Shown in pieces: positions 1-13,086 of a stretch of 64,000 nt of DNA. The translations under genes and the position numbers were made by a program. The notes under the pieces are model-generated. The model ran no database searches and had not been told where the DNA came from. It saw only the letters and a list, made by a program, of their open reading frames with translations. The DNA lies in the NCBI GenBank assembly GCA_965644295.1, contig CBFFRP010000434.1:146634-210633 (forward strand), in the 5' to 3' direction. Numbering within the stretch: the first letter of the stretch is position 1; each line of letters opens with the position of its first letter. Source of the stretch: Paraphysomonas bandaiensis. Lineage: Eukaryota; Protista; Chrysophyceae.

Positions 1-774
1 GCGCCACCACTAAGGCCAGTCTGTAGTACCCCTGCCCAGCAGTTCCCTTTTCAAAGGTGTAGACTGGTTTAAAAGAGTCTACAAAGCTCAAGGACTCATC
101 GAATAATCGAGGGAAAACCCAGAATTCATATCCTAGAATCCACATGACCAGGAACAGTATGAATCGAATGAATATGAAGGTGAAGGTGAATAGTAAGAAA
201 GTTACTGAACAGTACCACAGGGCTTTCTTGGCAATCTGTGGCCACACTGGAAGAAGAGTGAAGATTATAACAACAGCAATAACTGACGCGGTGGCGACGT
301 TTGACCACACAGTATTTCCAGAAAACATCCAGGTGTAGTAGCCAGTTTCTTCAAACACTTTCTTCTTTGATATCTACATCCCGTAGGAATTAAATCAAAC
401 ATAGTAAATGTCCTTCATCAATTACCACAAGGTGTCCCTTCTTATCTTCATCCTTCTCTGATCTATGAAAGAATCCGTTCTTAAGCAGCGTTGCCGCTAA
501 TGCGAGTGCAGCGCCCTTGTCTGTGATCCTCGGCAGCCCCTTCGGCCAATTCTGTCCCTCTAAAATGCACTCTATCAGTCGCTTCCCTATTCACACATAT
601 ACACTATAAATACACCGCAATACTGATATCGACGACTTGACCTTTGAAGTACTCCACTCTCTTATCGTGCTGCGTCCCTGACCTCACCTTCACCCCATTA
701 GAGGAGCGCAGGTATGTCCCCAGCTTCTTCTGACCTTCTTCAGTGTCATAAATCGGAGGGTAAGCCTGAGCCAT
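1..774 (-). CDS. SEC62: Translocon subunit Sec62, 5' part; 3 exons visible (774-642, 586-426, 373-<1)
   Basis: Hand-spliced across GT-AG introns 641-587 and 425-374. Reads MAQAYPP...KRVEYFK|GKRLIEC...GYYTWMF...FTLLPVWP...LWYCSV...FWVFPRLFDESLSFVDSFKPVY, matching the Sec62 two-TM signature. Not in the ORF track. Confidence 0.9.
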
Positions 775-876
775 ATCTCAACCGATATTTGGATGTGAGT
801 GATGTGAAGTGGTCGCTATGCCAATGATAACCACAAGTCTATCCCAGCATATACATGTATAATAATTCCAGAATAA

Positions 877-1165
877 ATACATACATACATACATACATAC
901 ATACATACATACATACATACATACATACATACATACATACATACATACATACATACATACATACATACATACATACATACATACATACATACATACATAC
1001 ATACATACATACATACATACATACATACATACATACATACATACATACATACATACATACATACATACATACATACATACATACATACATACATACATAC
1101 ATACATACATACATACATACATACATACATACATACATACATACATACATACATACATACATACA
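877..1165. repeat. (TACA)n microsatellite between divergent SEC62 and DRC7
   Basis: Pure ATAC tandem array read directly. Confidence 0.99.
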
Positions 1166-1407
1166 AACTCTTCGTGGAATACTGGAATACATAATGTATA
1201 CGTTAGTGGAGTACAAAATAAAAATGAAACTGTCGTTGGTGGGTGTTTGGGGTATGTATGCGTAGAGACTGTTGGAGCATTGCAACTTATACATCTAGGC
1301 TCTGTGGGGACTATCACAGACATCAAGAACCATTACACCCTCAGCACTACTTTCTCTTGTGCCTCTTTGACCCATCTTTCTGGCTTGACGATTAGCAAGC
1401 GAGTGCG

Positions 1408-3949
1408 ATGAGACGAAGCTCTGCTTTTACAGCTGAAGGGCGGCTTAACTCCAAGTCACGTAGAATACAGGAGTTCAGAAAGCAGATGAAGAAGTCGTCT
1501 TCTCCTTCTCCTGCCTCTTACACTTCAAATTCGACAAAGGAGGAGTTGTGCATGCAGTATGTTCAGTCTTTTATCGAACAGTTCGCAGTTGTTTATCCTG
1601 ACCGGAAGATACCGTACATGATAGCCGAGAACGAATGTGGTGTCAAAAAATTTGTATGTTCTACGCTTAGACCAACACAGCTTCAATTTTCAGAGTTGTA
1701 TGATATGTATGAGTGTGCAGTCTTTCTTGCCGGCTTTATGTTGTATGAACCACTGGATCCCCCAACCGAACCTCCTCGTGTCCTTCCATCTCCGTGTCAG
1801 GTATTGGACTGGCATGTCGGGGATAGCTTTGATATGGCTGTGCTACTTTGCTCGCTGCTCATTGGGAGTGGATATGACGCATACGTAGTGAATGGATATG
1901 CTCCCAAATACATCACATTGCACGACCAGACACAAACGCAATGCCCTTTAATATCTAAGTTATCAGATAATTCAGTTAATAAAGCCAGCGGCCAAAACAC
2001 AGGCAGTACAGAATTAGATGACGATAACCCGTACGTTCCTCCGAATAATGAAGTGCGGGACAGTACTTACCTGGAGATGCAGCGTGAAAAGAAGAGGATG
2101 GAAGGGTTAGATTCTTTCGTTCTGTGGTGCTCAGACACTAATGTGTTACCTGATCCCTCAGCAACGGATGACAACATGAAGCGGTCTCATGCTTGGGTAC
2201 TGGTGCGAGCTGGAATGCGGGATGTTGAGGAACATACTTTTCTTGAACCAACTACTGGTCGAGCATATCCTGCTTCCAATTCTCCTTACCACGGCATAGA
2301 ATCTGTTTGGAACAAAACAAACTACTGGGTTAATGTAAACCTCACCACTTCTCCCTCTGACGTAAGTTTATACAGTAATAGATGTTGTGTTCCTTTAAGC
2401 TAACCGTAGTATGTAGCTTGAGTATGCATTCAATGACTCGTCCAAGTGGGAACATTTGTTCCTCGGTTCGGGTCCAATGGGGAGAGACGAGTCCGGCAGC
2501 AAGAATCAAGGCTCGGGGGATGACCTCCTTATGGGTCAAGGCGCAGATGATGTCAGGAATGATTCTCCGGAGCGTAAAGACTCTGACACAATAGAAAGAC
2601 AGTTGGATCCACCTCCGTCCTGGTGCAAGGATATTTCAATTGATCGTTCTCGTTACCTTTTGCGATATCCCCCACTGGGCCGTCGGACTGTACAATATCA
2701 CAAGGCAAAAGTAGACTACTTCGCCAAAAATAAGCACCCCCAGGCAATGGTTATGCGGGTTATAACTTATTTGGATTCTTCCCGTGTCACTGTCAGTGAA
2801 ATACATGAGTGGTTTGAGAATCGAAGAGACAAAATGTACAAGCGAGTACGGTACTTTTTGGAGGGCAGGTTTGTGGAGGAGTTCTTCCCTGGTAGTGTAG
2901 GAGAAGTTCGCAGATGGGAGGAACACCCTGGCAAACGCAGAGACATTGACTTTTATGTGAGTGGGCGACTGGACCGCATGTGCCGCCGAGAGGAGATAAT
3001 TGGAGAGCGGATATCTGAATATTTTGAGGGTCGAACAGATTTTCTCACGTTCCGGTCAATGTTAGTTACTCAGAGTCGAGAAAAGGCCGGATCAAAAACC
3101 TCTTATACTCTTCCATCTGGGGGACTCAATAATGACCTGTACGTGTTACGGATCAATCAGTCTTTTGATCGCAATCCTGCTGCCACATCTGGTACGGATA
3201 TAGCGCACCGAACCTTTCACCTGACGGAGGCTAAAGTCGTGACCCAATACCATTTTGCGAAGGGGAAAATTACTCAGAAGGTTAAGGTCCACAGTCATGC
3301 GAAGAGTGGGGGAATTTTGGCAGGAGCAGGTGAGGAGCTCTCTGCAGAAGACTTGGAAGGCATTCAAGAGGCAGCGCTAATAGAGAGAGAGTGTTTCGCT
3401 GCTGTGAAGCTGAGCTACGTCCAGATAATGAACATAATTAAGATCAGATCTGAATTTGAGTCTGGTGTTGTCATTGAGAAAACTGTCTTCGAGAATGCCC
3501 TTGAACGTGCAGAGAAAGGTGCTACCGGTGCTGTGGGTGTGGAAGAAGACAATCAGAGCGATGCTAAAGGAGTGGATTATCTCACACCTTTTCTGCGCAA
3601 CATTAAGGACCTATCCAAGATCACCAAGGAGGAGGCTCTGGAAGTACGACAGGCGTGTTTGGATGCTCTCAAGGCGCGTCTAGTGGAACGAGCAAATATC
3701 ATTCAGTCTCGTCTTAACGAGGAAAATGCAAAGCTAGCACGGAAACAGGAGCAGTTTCAGCGGTCGCAGAGGGAGGGTGATCTGTCAACGGAGGAATACG
3801 AGAAGTATTGCACAGAAGCCATGTTCCGAATTCAGATTCTCGAGCAGCGTCTTGTCGCCCACGAGGAATCCGCTATACAGAAGTTCGGTAATTTGGACAG
3901 CAAACTGTCTACAGAACCACGCCTGGCAGTGCTCATGCGAAAAGATTAA
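1408..3949 (+). CDS. DRC7: Dynein regulatory complex subunit 7 (CCDC135/FAP50-like); intron 2362-2416
   Basis: NECGVKKFVCSTLRPT, GDSFDMAVLLCSLLIGSGYDAYVVNGYA, HAWVLV, GIESVWNKTNYWVN, DYLTPFL and C-terminal ERANIIQSRL...FRIQILEQRL. A GTAAGT..TAG intron joins ORFs 1408 and 2456 in frame. Confidence 0.92.
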
Positions 3950-4339
3950 TTGTTTCAGAATTCTTATTCGTGTCGTCTTGTAAAGCTATTATATGCTACG
4001 TTGTACTTCTAGCAGTATGTGAAAATAACTAATCACCAAGCTATACATAGTGTTATCGATTTTAGCTGCTGTAAATACTGTAGTCGTATAGCAATATTAT
4101 TAAGTTTAGTTGCAACATCTGTGATGCAATACGTCATACGTTATATTATAAAATATATATACAACATTATTGAAGGCGACCGGAATGGCGCGTTGTTACG
4201 CCTCCGCTTTACACGTAGTAAGCGTAGAACCCGCGGCTTCCGCTGGGTGTTGCTCGATTTAAATCGTGTGTTGCCGCATGTCGAGCTGGGAAATAACTGC
4301 GGACTCCGCCATGCTCTGCTTTGTATGTTGCTCCGTATG

Positions 4340-6612
4340 TAATTAGGAGTTTCTGAAGAAGTTTCTTGTGTCTCTGAAAGGCGGACTCTCGCATCTCAGA
4401 GATGGAGGCGTGTGGACAATCACGACACTTATGTTTGAGAGAGTCAAGTCGAAAGCCACAATCAGAGCATCTGGCTTTGTCCAGGTCAAGTCCGAATTTT
4501 GTTTTGCCCTATTCCTGTCATTGCTGTAAGATATGCCATGTCAGGGCTGTATTGAGTATGCGTTGTCTTAGTTGTGAATTCTCCACTGTACTCCACTCTT
4601 CCGTGCCAATCTGGACTGATTGTCAGGCGGTACAGACGCGGACCAAAGAGGCCCTCTCACACAGACGGCGCGCCCTCGGAACAAAGCCCCAGGGAATATT
4701 TTACGAATGCCTCGCCACAGCTCTTAAACAGCGCCCAATAAAATGGACGCGCTCGCACCCCGAACGTAGAACACAAGATCAAAGCAACTGGACCTACAAC
4801 GGCATTTATATAGCTGACGCCGCCGCCAGCGGCGATTGGAAGACACTAGACAGAGTGCTCGGAGCCTCCAACTACAGTGTTGTCACAACTGACGCTACGC
4901 ACATACTGGATGAATTCTTCACCACGGGTCAATGGCACTGGCGAAGATACGATACACACCTCCTCACAGACCTCGGTCCCATGCTAGGAGACGTCACAGA
5001 TCTCCACCACCAGTGGGACCTCCATCAATACACCCTCCGACGAGATAGCATGTATGCTGCACAAACGCAGCGAGACCCGCAGTATTGGACACGCAGCGGA
5101 ACAAGGCTCCCACACAAGCTCCACCCCCTCCGTACCCATAACTCCTCCAAACACTACATCTCCCTCTCGCAGAGCGTATACGCGAGACGGCATACGTATG
5201 GGACAAATCCTTCGCAATGGGAAGAAACCGAGCCAAAGGAAAATCCGGACATGATCGCACAACGGCTTCCACATGCACAGATTGTGCACACCCCACAGAC
5301 AACATGGCGCACATGCTTCTCACCTGCACTCATCCTGACATCATTCATATACGTGAAGATGTCCACCAAGCACACCACAATAAGCTTGACAAACTTCGCA
5401 CACGCACGCTCCCCCATCCCTGGTTTTACACCGCCATAACCAAACTAGCCAAAGCCGCATGGAACCCAACCACCCCCCAGGTTGAGCGCTTACTAGACCG
5501 GCCACATTACTGCCACACAATTGGCCGACGCATTATTCGGACGCCACATATCCAGCTCACTGCTCGAACATCAATTCCACGCCCTAGAAAAATCCATCGC
5601 CTCTATCCTACTCCCCCTATATGATGGAGGGCTCCGCATGCTTCGCAATAGGGGATTCAGACACCACAACGCAGACACGGCACCGGCGACACCGGTCACG
5701 ACACATTCACAGCAACGCCAGTCCCAGGATACTCATCCGACACCAAAAATACTCCAACTACTCCAGGCAACATCCACTCCAAGAACTACACTCTCTGCAA
5801 GAGTCCAGACCCGACAGAGGCAAGCGCAACCACTCCGGAAACAACTCCTCTTTACTTGTGGCCGAAACCCCACCTCAACAACCAGCACCATCTCCACCAC
5901 CGACTTACACTCTCATATACATCTCGCCTCATCCACCCCTCACATAATCCATGGCACAGGCCCGCCAGACACATTGCCCAAAGGTAGACCCCCGACTAAC
6001 CTCAATACAAGGGACGGTTGCACCATGGTGCTCGCAGCGATGCACAAGCAGTCCCGAGACGGTTGCCCGCCACTAGTAGTATTTAGCAAATCTAGTTATT
6101 ACTGTAGTTAGTCTATAGATATAAACTAGTTTCTGTACACAACCGTTCTCATGTAATAATCAGACTTTCCTATATGTCTTAGTCTTAGTTGTGAACTGTT
6201 CTTGATCTTAGATCTGCCGCAGGCAGCCCAGCCATGTCCAGTTTGTGCGGAAGTAAGGCACCGCTACCTTTCCAGTACCCAGGCGCACAATCCAGATTAT
6301 GACCGAAGAGTTGATCACGGAGCGCAGGTAATTCTCTAAAATCTATTGATTGCGAAGAGATTGGAAATAAGTGATCATGGGGTGTGTAAGATACGACCGG
6401 CGTGTTCCGGACAGACGCCAGTGCCATATTCTGGACGTAAGTATACGTTCCATGACTCTGGCAACATCAATTTTACAGAAAGTGTAATTGTTTCGGCCTA
6501 GCATATGGTCAACCTCCAATCATTCATCCCCTGCAACCCCGTCTGCTATGTAGATTACTTTGTCTTCATACGTTCATTGAGATTCATCAGTAGTGCGACG
6601 CTTAGGGTGTGA
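4340..6612 (-). mobile_element. Old degenerate LINE (family B) RNase H/zinc-finger region, split by a younger antisense LINE insertion
   Basis: Minus strand 6612-6196 reads SHPKRRTTDESQ..YEDKVIYIADG..ALRDQLFGHN..PGYWKGSGALLPHKL. It resumes at 4578-4340 with CSDCGFRLDSLKH, collinear with the copy at 45.5-47.4 kb. Confidence 0.75.
4579..6175 (+). mobile_element. 5'-truncated LINE (family A): RNase H C-half, CxxC..H..C finger, PKGRPP end, 3' UTR; 14-bp TSD
   Basis: TSD GTCTTAGTTGTGAA at 4565-4578 and 6182-6195. Highly similar to the minus-strand copy at 25.6-27.5 kb. Frameshifted (ORFs 4402, 5217, 5521). Confidence 0.9.
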
Positions 6613-6860
6613 GCTCCCGGAGAAATATCACCAGTACCTATACCCTAGAACACCACGAAAAAGTGCGAGTCCAACATTGTTGAGAGTGGTTGCACCTTGG
6701 TACTCGCAGTGACGCACAAGCAACATTCGTAGCGCTAAATAGTAGGATATCGAGATAAGCACTAGTTTGTTAAATTGTTTTGCTACATTAGTTTTGACTC
6801 TTAGACGCCTATTGCTAATAATCAGACACCCACTACTAATAACTAATAAGACATTCACTA
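6613..6860 (+). mobile_element. Ribozyme-headed SINE-like copy with inverted head (6613-6681 minus) and LINE-derived tail (6682-6860 plus)
   Basis: Reverse complement of 6613-6681 matches the head at 18687-18750. The tail carries GTTGCACCTTGGT..GACGCACAAGCA. Confidence 0.7.
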
Positions 6861-7162
6861 ACTATATTATTCAATAACCAAAAATTATACTTGTGTACAC
6901 AATTAATACGGAAACGATGAGATATGTTACGAACACGTTTCCCGAAAAGCAGCAATTATATGTAGCATCTACTTTAATAGTCACTATCTTTATCTTGCGA
7001 TACAATTCCCAAGTGCTGTTCATGTAGAAATTATACCGGTATGAATTGTACATAATCACTAGTCCATAGTTTAGAAGTTCCAAATTTTCGTAGACTGCGT
7101 ACAATATAGCCAAAACTATTTATTACACATGCACAACGCACTACATAAACACAATGTTATTT

Positions 7163-8857
7163 TCACTGATCCCAAGACATTGCGGAAACATCATCGTCTG
7201 GTGGTGGAGAATCCACAGACACTTGTCTTCGGGGAAGAATAGATGCCCCAAGAACGCTTGATTTTCTGGTGATCGCCGATCTCTGTGTACCGACTTCCTC
7301 CCCGTCCTCATCGTCCTCATCCCCCTCGCTTTCCTCAGAATTCCGGCGACTGCTCTTATCGCTATCGCTATCGCTATCGCTACCATCACCACCTCTCTTT
7401 TTCGTGACCTCTTCGGATTCATTCTGTTTCCCTTCTCCGTCGACGGTCTCCATAGACTCTTGCTGCTTTAGACTAATCTGTCGTTGCACAAGCCATTCTG
7501 GGCGAGGTATATTCTCATCCCAGTTATCATGCGCGGTCTCTCGCATCTTTGCCTCTGGCCAAGTGTAAAGAGGTCGGGGATCCAGTACCACCAAAATCTG
7601 ACGATATATATAGTATGGTCCATATCGGGCCACCTTAAGTTCGTCATCACGATCTTTGACATAGAATATCTGAGTACCAACAATTAGACCAAACAATGGC
7701 TTAGTGTTTTCAATTACCTCCATGATTTTTCTCGGGGAATCGTCATCAAGCTGCGCAGGGGTAAGGAAATATATATATATATATAAAGACATGTTAGCAC
7801 TCACCGTAATAGTACTGGTGCAGGTCAGGAGATACATGCACATATTCGGGGGGCTTTCGTCAATATCAACTCGCAGCACGCGATGGCGCACACGCAGTTT
7901 CGAGTACTTGGCCTACTCATAAGCGAAGACAATCAGAGAAAAACAATCGACTAATTAGTCAAGTTACCACTAATGCTTTAGCAATACGTCTTCGTCCGAC
8001 AATATCCGGAATACCCGTAAATTGTGCGGAAGAGTCTGTCTCGTAATATCTAGCAATATGCCTCGTACTCGTTGCCTCATTATCAAGAGTGAAGTAGTAG
8101 TCCGCCATGAGGTTTGCTGCCACCTCTGATGGATCTTTGAAGAAAAACTCCTTGGTCTGCTCATAATGAATCTGAAGTAGTTCCCTAAACCGAGTAACCT
8201 CTTCTTTCATGTCCTCTGCAAAAGAGAGTCAAGAGTATAACACTCACTCCAATACACACCGGAATACACGCCACCCACCAACCCATTTTTTAGCTTGTCA
8301 TATAGACCTTCCATTTCCTCTATCACTGCTTCTAGCTCTTCTGCCGATATCCTTTTTATAGCCACTGCTGGGAGCACTGTCTCACTGAAATCCTCCTCCA
8401 TAGCGGATGTGTCACCTACAGTGTCAGCTCCCCCTTTAGTTCCATCTCCAATTGCACTCTCCACACCACCACCAGAACCTAAAGTGCTATCCACAGTCGC
8501 GGTATCTTGGTATGATGTTTCATTGTCTCCTTCACTCGCTGATATGAGAGTCTCGCCGTCCGCATCATCAGGAGGGCTCTTCTTATTCTCATCGGCAGAT
8601 TCCTCCCTGTAACCCTCAATATAACTCTGAGCATGCTCGTAGAGAGCCAGTTTGAACTCAGCAACAGTGACCCTGCGGTACAAAGGTGAGGTTCATGGGC
8701 ACACAGCACAGCTGCCTCACCAGTCGTTACCCTTCGAATAACTGTTAAACTGATCTTCATCAAAGTGATCCTCTCCCAATATATCCCTAACCTCCTCCCT
8801 GCTCAGATGAAGCTCATCATTCTCAGGTGGTTGCCACGACGATACTGCAGCACCCAT
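7163..8857 (-). CDS. Multi-exon protein with possible N-myristoylation, acidic linkers and an NTF2-like domain
   Basis: Starts MGAAVSS. Exon ORFs 8207-8683, 7959-8210 and 7163-7891. ADYYFTLDNE..IARYYETDSSAQFTG..IVGRRRI..HRVLRVD..IVGTQ resembles the NTF2 fold pattern. Exon limits are approximate. Confidence 0.55.
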
Positions 8858-8931
8858 CCTGCTAAACCTCGATACCTTCCCACACTGTGGAACGGCCCAC
8901 ACTATCAACACACAGCAGAAGTACACAACTG

Positions 8932-9200
8932 TACATACATACATACATACATACATACATACATACATACATACATACATACATACATACATACATACAT
9001 ACATACATACATACATACATACATACATACATACATACATACATACATACATACATACATACATACATACATACGTACATACATACATACATACATACAT
9101 ACATACATACATACATACATACATACATACATACATACATACATACATACATACGTACATACATACATACATACATACATACATACATACATACATACAT
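8932..9200. repeat. (TACA)n microsatellite between divergent NTF2-like and sulfotransferase genes
   Basis: Tandem array with two TACG variants. Confidence 0.99.
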
Positions 9201-9371
9201 TCCTACTACATACTACAGGTGGACACTGTATCAAACTGTCCATGTATCAATTTTAGTGCTTAGATTCCGTTTTTTACTACTTCGTATCTCAAGTGGATGT
9301 TGTGAACTCGGTTGTCAACTCGCTTCCTTTATTCAACACTTCCCCTTTGGGGTGGTAAGTGCGAGTGTAAC

Positions 9372-10373
9372 ATGTGGTGGCTCGTGATAATCTCCTGTTT
9401 GTCTTCTGCGGTTGTCTCTGGTTTACATCACTCACTGCGGTATGGGACAATATCTAGTGAGTGTCGAAGCTACTTCACTAGTACCGATCATCTTACTCAA
9501 CTTGTCTACGACGCTGCCCGTGAAATCGATAAAGAACCACCGCTGTCATCGTCTCTTAGTTCTTTTCTATCATATTTCTATCATAACTACAACGGGTATT
9601 GGTTGTTCGATATCGCGAACAGCTCTGTCATATACACACAAGTTCATAAATGCAATTCCGATAACATTATTTATTATCTTTACAATGCTGAAGTTGCTGA
9701 TCGTATGTTTTCATATTGCAACCATTCCTGCATCAAGAAGACACACAAGTATCACAGTTTAGTCAAGTTACGCGAAACACTACGTCAGAGAAATATAAAT
9801 GTTGCTGATGTGAAATCTTTTACATTTGTTCGAAATCCATTTAGTCGTTTTATATCTGGTGTTATCGAATCTCACTATCGGTCCACTGAGCTCAATTTGA
9901 TACGGTTCGCTCAGACTGAGGAGGAAATGCAACGTGTTTACAGAGTAGTTAATTCCACCACCAATATTTCGGCAATTTTAGAAGAGTTAGTATACAACCT
10001 GTCTCATGGAAATATTCAATTTGTGCTTTCCAGTTTCAGAGATCCTGAACACTTCGTCTCAATGAGTTACATGTTCACACTTTGGAAGCAAAGTTATATT
10101 GGTTTTGTTGACAGCTTTGAGGTCGATTGGACTGAAATGCAGAAAGCATTGGAGCTAAGTATTCGATACGATAACGTTCATCGGCACACGACTTCTATAG
10201 ATCCCTTTAAAATTAAGCCGGCGTTTTCAGATTTATTCGAGTCTCGGCCAGAGTATATGCGTGCGATCTGCAGACTATTAGCCGTAGATTTTGTTTGCCT
10301 GCAGGTTCAAATGCCGCGTCAATGCACAGGTATTCTAGATTATACATCTTGGAAATATATACCATATTTGTAG
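9372..10373 (+). CDS. Golgi-type carbohydrate sulfotransferase (Sulfotransfer_2-like)
   Basis: Hydrophobic N-terminus MWWLVIISCL, 5'PSB-like VHKCNSDNI, 3'PB motif FTFVRNPFSRFISG, C-terminal DFVCL. Confidence 0.75.
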   Translation: MWWLVIISCLSSAVVSGLHHSLRYGTISSECRSYFTSTDHLTQLVYDAAREIDKEPPLSSSLSSFLSYFYHNYNGYWLFDIANSSVIYTQVHKCNSDNIIYYLYNAEVADRMFSYCNHSCIKKTHKYHSLVKLRETLRQRNINVADVKSFTFVRNPFSRFISGVIESHYRSTELNLIRFAQTEEEMQRVYRVVNSTTNISAILEELVYNLSHGNIQFVLSSFRDPEHFVSMSYMFTLWKQSYIGFVDSFEVDWTEMQKALELSIRYDNVHRHTTSIDPFKIKPAFSDLFESRPEYMRAICRLLAVDFVCLQVQMPRQCTGILDYTSWKYIPYL

Positions 10374-10913
10374 GTGTCTGGTGGTTATTAAATTCAGTAC
10401 ATTCACCTCTTTAAACTGCCACTTTTCGAAAAATAATGTGAATTTATGTTATTATTTTTGAGAACTCGATTAATATTCATAAAGGATCAGCGAAAATATA
10501 TTTCTTTGTCATATGGCGTTCCGTTAAGTATATTTCTGCACACCACTCTATCTATGATTAAGTTTTCCGGCTGACTAGTATCTCAGAGAATGAAGTTTAG
10601 ATCCAATGTACCAAATCTTAGAGCAGTCATCGTTTCGTAGTAAACATCTGTGTCTTGTGAATTGCATCTATTGTTGACAATTTTAACACTTGCGTGGTGT
10701 AGGATATACTATATACCAATCCTAGTTTAAGTTTAAAAGAAGCAGTTCTCATCTATGATATTGGTACTTTTTGACCAAGTGTTATATATCTAAAACTGAA
10801 GGCTGCATTATTTCGTGAACCACAGCACGTCGCACTATTCTCATGGCAATCACCGCCCTTGTAGACGATCTAAAAAAGTTTGAAAACGTTTCGAAGCTGC
10901 TTCAAACAGGAGA

Positions 10914-11330
10914 CTTGGAATATATTTGTTTATCTGCACGTAGTCCCCGCAGATACGTATGAAAGGTTTAGTCGCCTTCGGGGCTATAACAAGACAAGAG
11001 GCCCATGGAGACCTACTGGGAACATAAATATACCCACAGAGTCTCTTGAACTCCTTCTCCGCATCTTCGTACAATCTCGGATTAACCGGCCTTGCTTTCG
11101 GCTTGATCCTAGGAGGTAAACTTTCGTCGAACTTGATATTGAGCGGGTCAACTCCCTTAATGCCGTCCCACCTCTCTGGAACAAAAACCTTCACTCCCTC
11201 TGTCTTCAATAACTCCAGCACCGGCTGTGACTCTCGAAACTCCGCTGAGACATGCTCTTCAAACATACTCTCGAACGCCACAATGGCTTGTCGAGGGACT
11301 TCGGGACTCGGTATTCCGTATTTGCTTTGA
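10914..11330 (-). mobile_element. Ty3/Gypsy reverse transcriptase relic
   Basis: PSRSPWASCLVIAPK..FIRICGDYVQINKY is the Gypsy RT N-terminal motif; truncated. Confidence 0.8.
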
Positions 11331-11345
11331 AGAAAATCAGTTTCG

Positions 11346-11820
11346 TTGCTAATGATACGAATTACAAATATTCAAGCATGCAAAATATTTGAGTTGACAA
11401 GATCTGAGAAAGATGCTGTTAGAATGGTAGAATATATCTCCGTTCTGACAGTGATTTCAACTTTTGATAAAACAGAGGATGATGAAGCTGATGTCGGCTA
11501 TGCGGAAAAATTTCTTCAGTCAGCTCATAAACTTAAGAAGCGAAAAGTTAGAACATCTAAGTGTATGTGCACGAGTAATGTAGTATGTAATTTCAGTTCA
11601 TGTGAACGCCTATTCAGTTCAGCTAAACTTATGCTATCAGCGTTTCGCAAACGTATGCATCCTACTACACTTTATAAGCCGTTGTTTCTGAAAGCTAATC
11701 GACATTTGTGGCCTGAAGCAAGCATATTTCAATTAATTTGAATGAATATGGTGATGTTGGCGTCACCGATGATCACTCAGGGGATGAGTATGAGAAAAAT
11801 AGTTACTAGCTAAGCAGTAG
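11346..11820 (+). mobile_element. hAT transposase C-terminal dimerisation relic
   Basis: SSCERLFSSAKLMLSAFRKRMHP..LFLKANRHLW. Confidence 0.75.
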
Positions 11821-12490
11821 TGGGTTTGATTATCATGTGATCTTAATGACTAGTACTGAAAATGGATTCTACGGAGGGTTTAATTACTGGGCCGATTGAA
11901 AAACTCCATCAATACTATTGACGGGATGCTATCGAAGAATAGCATTGCAATATAGTGTTCCCTATCCCTGTTCTTATCTCACAATACATAACTTGTTCTC
12001 TCATGGTGCGATATAATTCCACTCTTGAATGCAATGTATAAATGCATTCTAAGACAAGATCCAGGAGATAAACTCGGAATAAATTCACATTAACAACCAC
12101 GCTCTATTCATCAATGAATCTCCTGAAGAACGAAGAAGATACCAGCCTTCACCACATGATGAATGTGCAAACAAGAAATATGAAACCTAGAAACCTACTA
12201 ACTAACCGGATAATGTTACCAGAAGGCTTCGCTGCCTTCTTACGTTGATGAATACAGCTTAACAGTCCTACACTCACGAGTTTCGTGTACAATAGAGACA
12301 CCTGTCGATGTGTACGTAAAACAACGAAGGGTTGCTGGCAGTCCTGCGGGATATATATACAGTAGCTCTATGTCATGTATGGAGTGTGACACTGAAAGAT
12401 CCTACACAAGGCAGGTCCCTTGGATGACATGTACAATATAATAATCTTTATTTATATATTCTAAATTTCGTAGTTCAGACATGAGGTCGT

Positions 12491-12563
12491 GGCGCTATAG
12501 TGTAGTTGGTTATCACTCAGGGTTCTGATTCCTGCGACCTGGGTTCGAATCCCAGTAGTGCCT
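12491..12563 (+). tRNA. tRNA-Gln(CTG)
   Basis: Cloverleaf: acceptor GGCGCTA/TAGTGCC, anticodon arm CAGGG-TTCTGAT-TCCTG, T arm CTGGG-TTCGAAT-CCCAG. A T5 terminator follows. Confidence 0.95.
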
Positions 12564-12814
12564 TCATTTTTGTTGTGCTATTTTTGTGTATATACATTGT
12601 TTGTCAACAGTATAAAAGTAGTATAAAATTTTTTTTAATACACTTTTGGTCTGACTTCAGGACATTTCTAGGTGTATTTTTCGAGAGTGTGTGGTAGGGT
12701 AATGTCCAGGCTACGAATGTATGTACACAAAAATAGCACAACCGACACAGCTACGTCCACTTAGAAGATACGTCCACTCATAATATGTACACAAAAATAG
12801 CACAACAAAAATGA

Positions 12815-12887
12815 AGGCACTACTGGGATTCGAACCCAGGTCGCAGGAATCAGAACCCTGAGTGATAACCAACTACACTATAGCGCC
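12815..12887 (-). tRNA. tRNA-Gln(CTG), identical second copy
   Basis: Exact reverse complement of 12491-12563. Confidence 0.95.
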
Positions 12888-13086
12888 ACGACCTCATGTC
12901 TGAACTACGAAATTTAGAATATATAAATAAAGATTATTATATTGTACATGTCATCCAAGGGACCTGCCTTGTGTAGGGTCTTTCAGTGTCACACTCCATA
13001 CATAACATAGAGCTACTGCATATATATCCCGCAGGACTGAGTGTAGGACTGTTAAGTCTGGTGGTGCTCTGCGCCGCGAATTGACA

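Larger units (their letters stand above)
12339..13039. repeat. Inverted repeat with 252-bp arms (12339-12590, 12788-13039) and 197-bp spacer, one tRNA per arm
   Basis: Arms are reverse complements with only a few mismatches. Confidence 0.93.

Noticed and set aside
4402-5439. 345-aa ORF as a host gene
   Set aside because: It is a chimera of an antisense old LINE and the inserted family A LINE, crossing the TSD.
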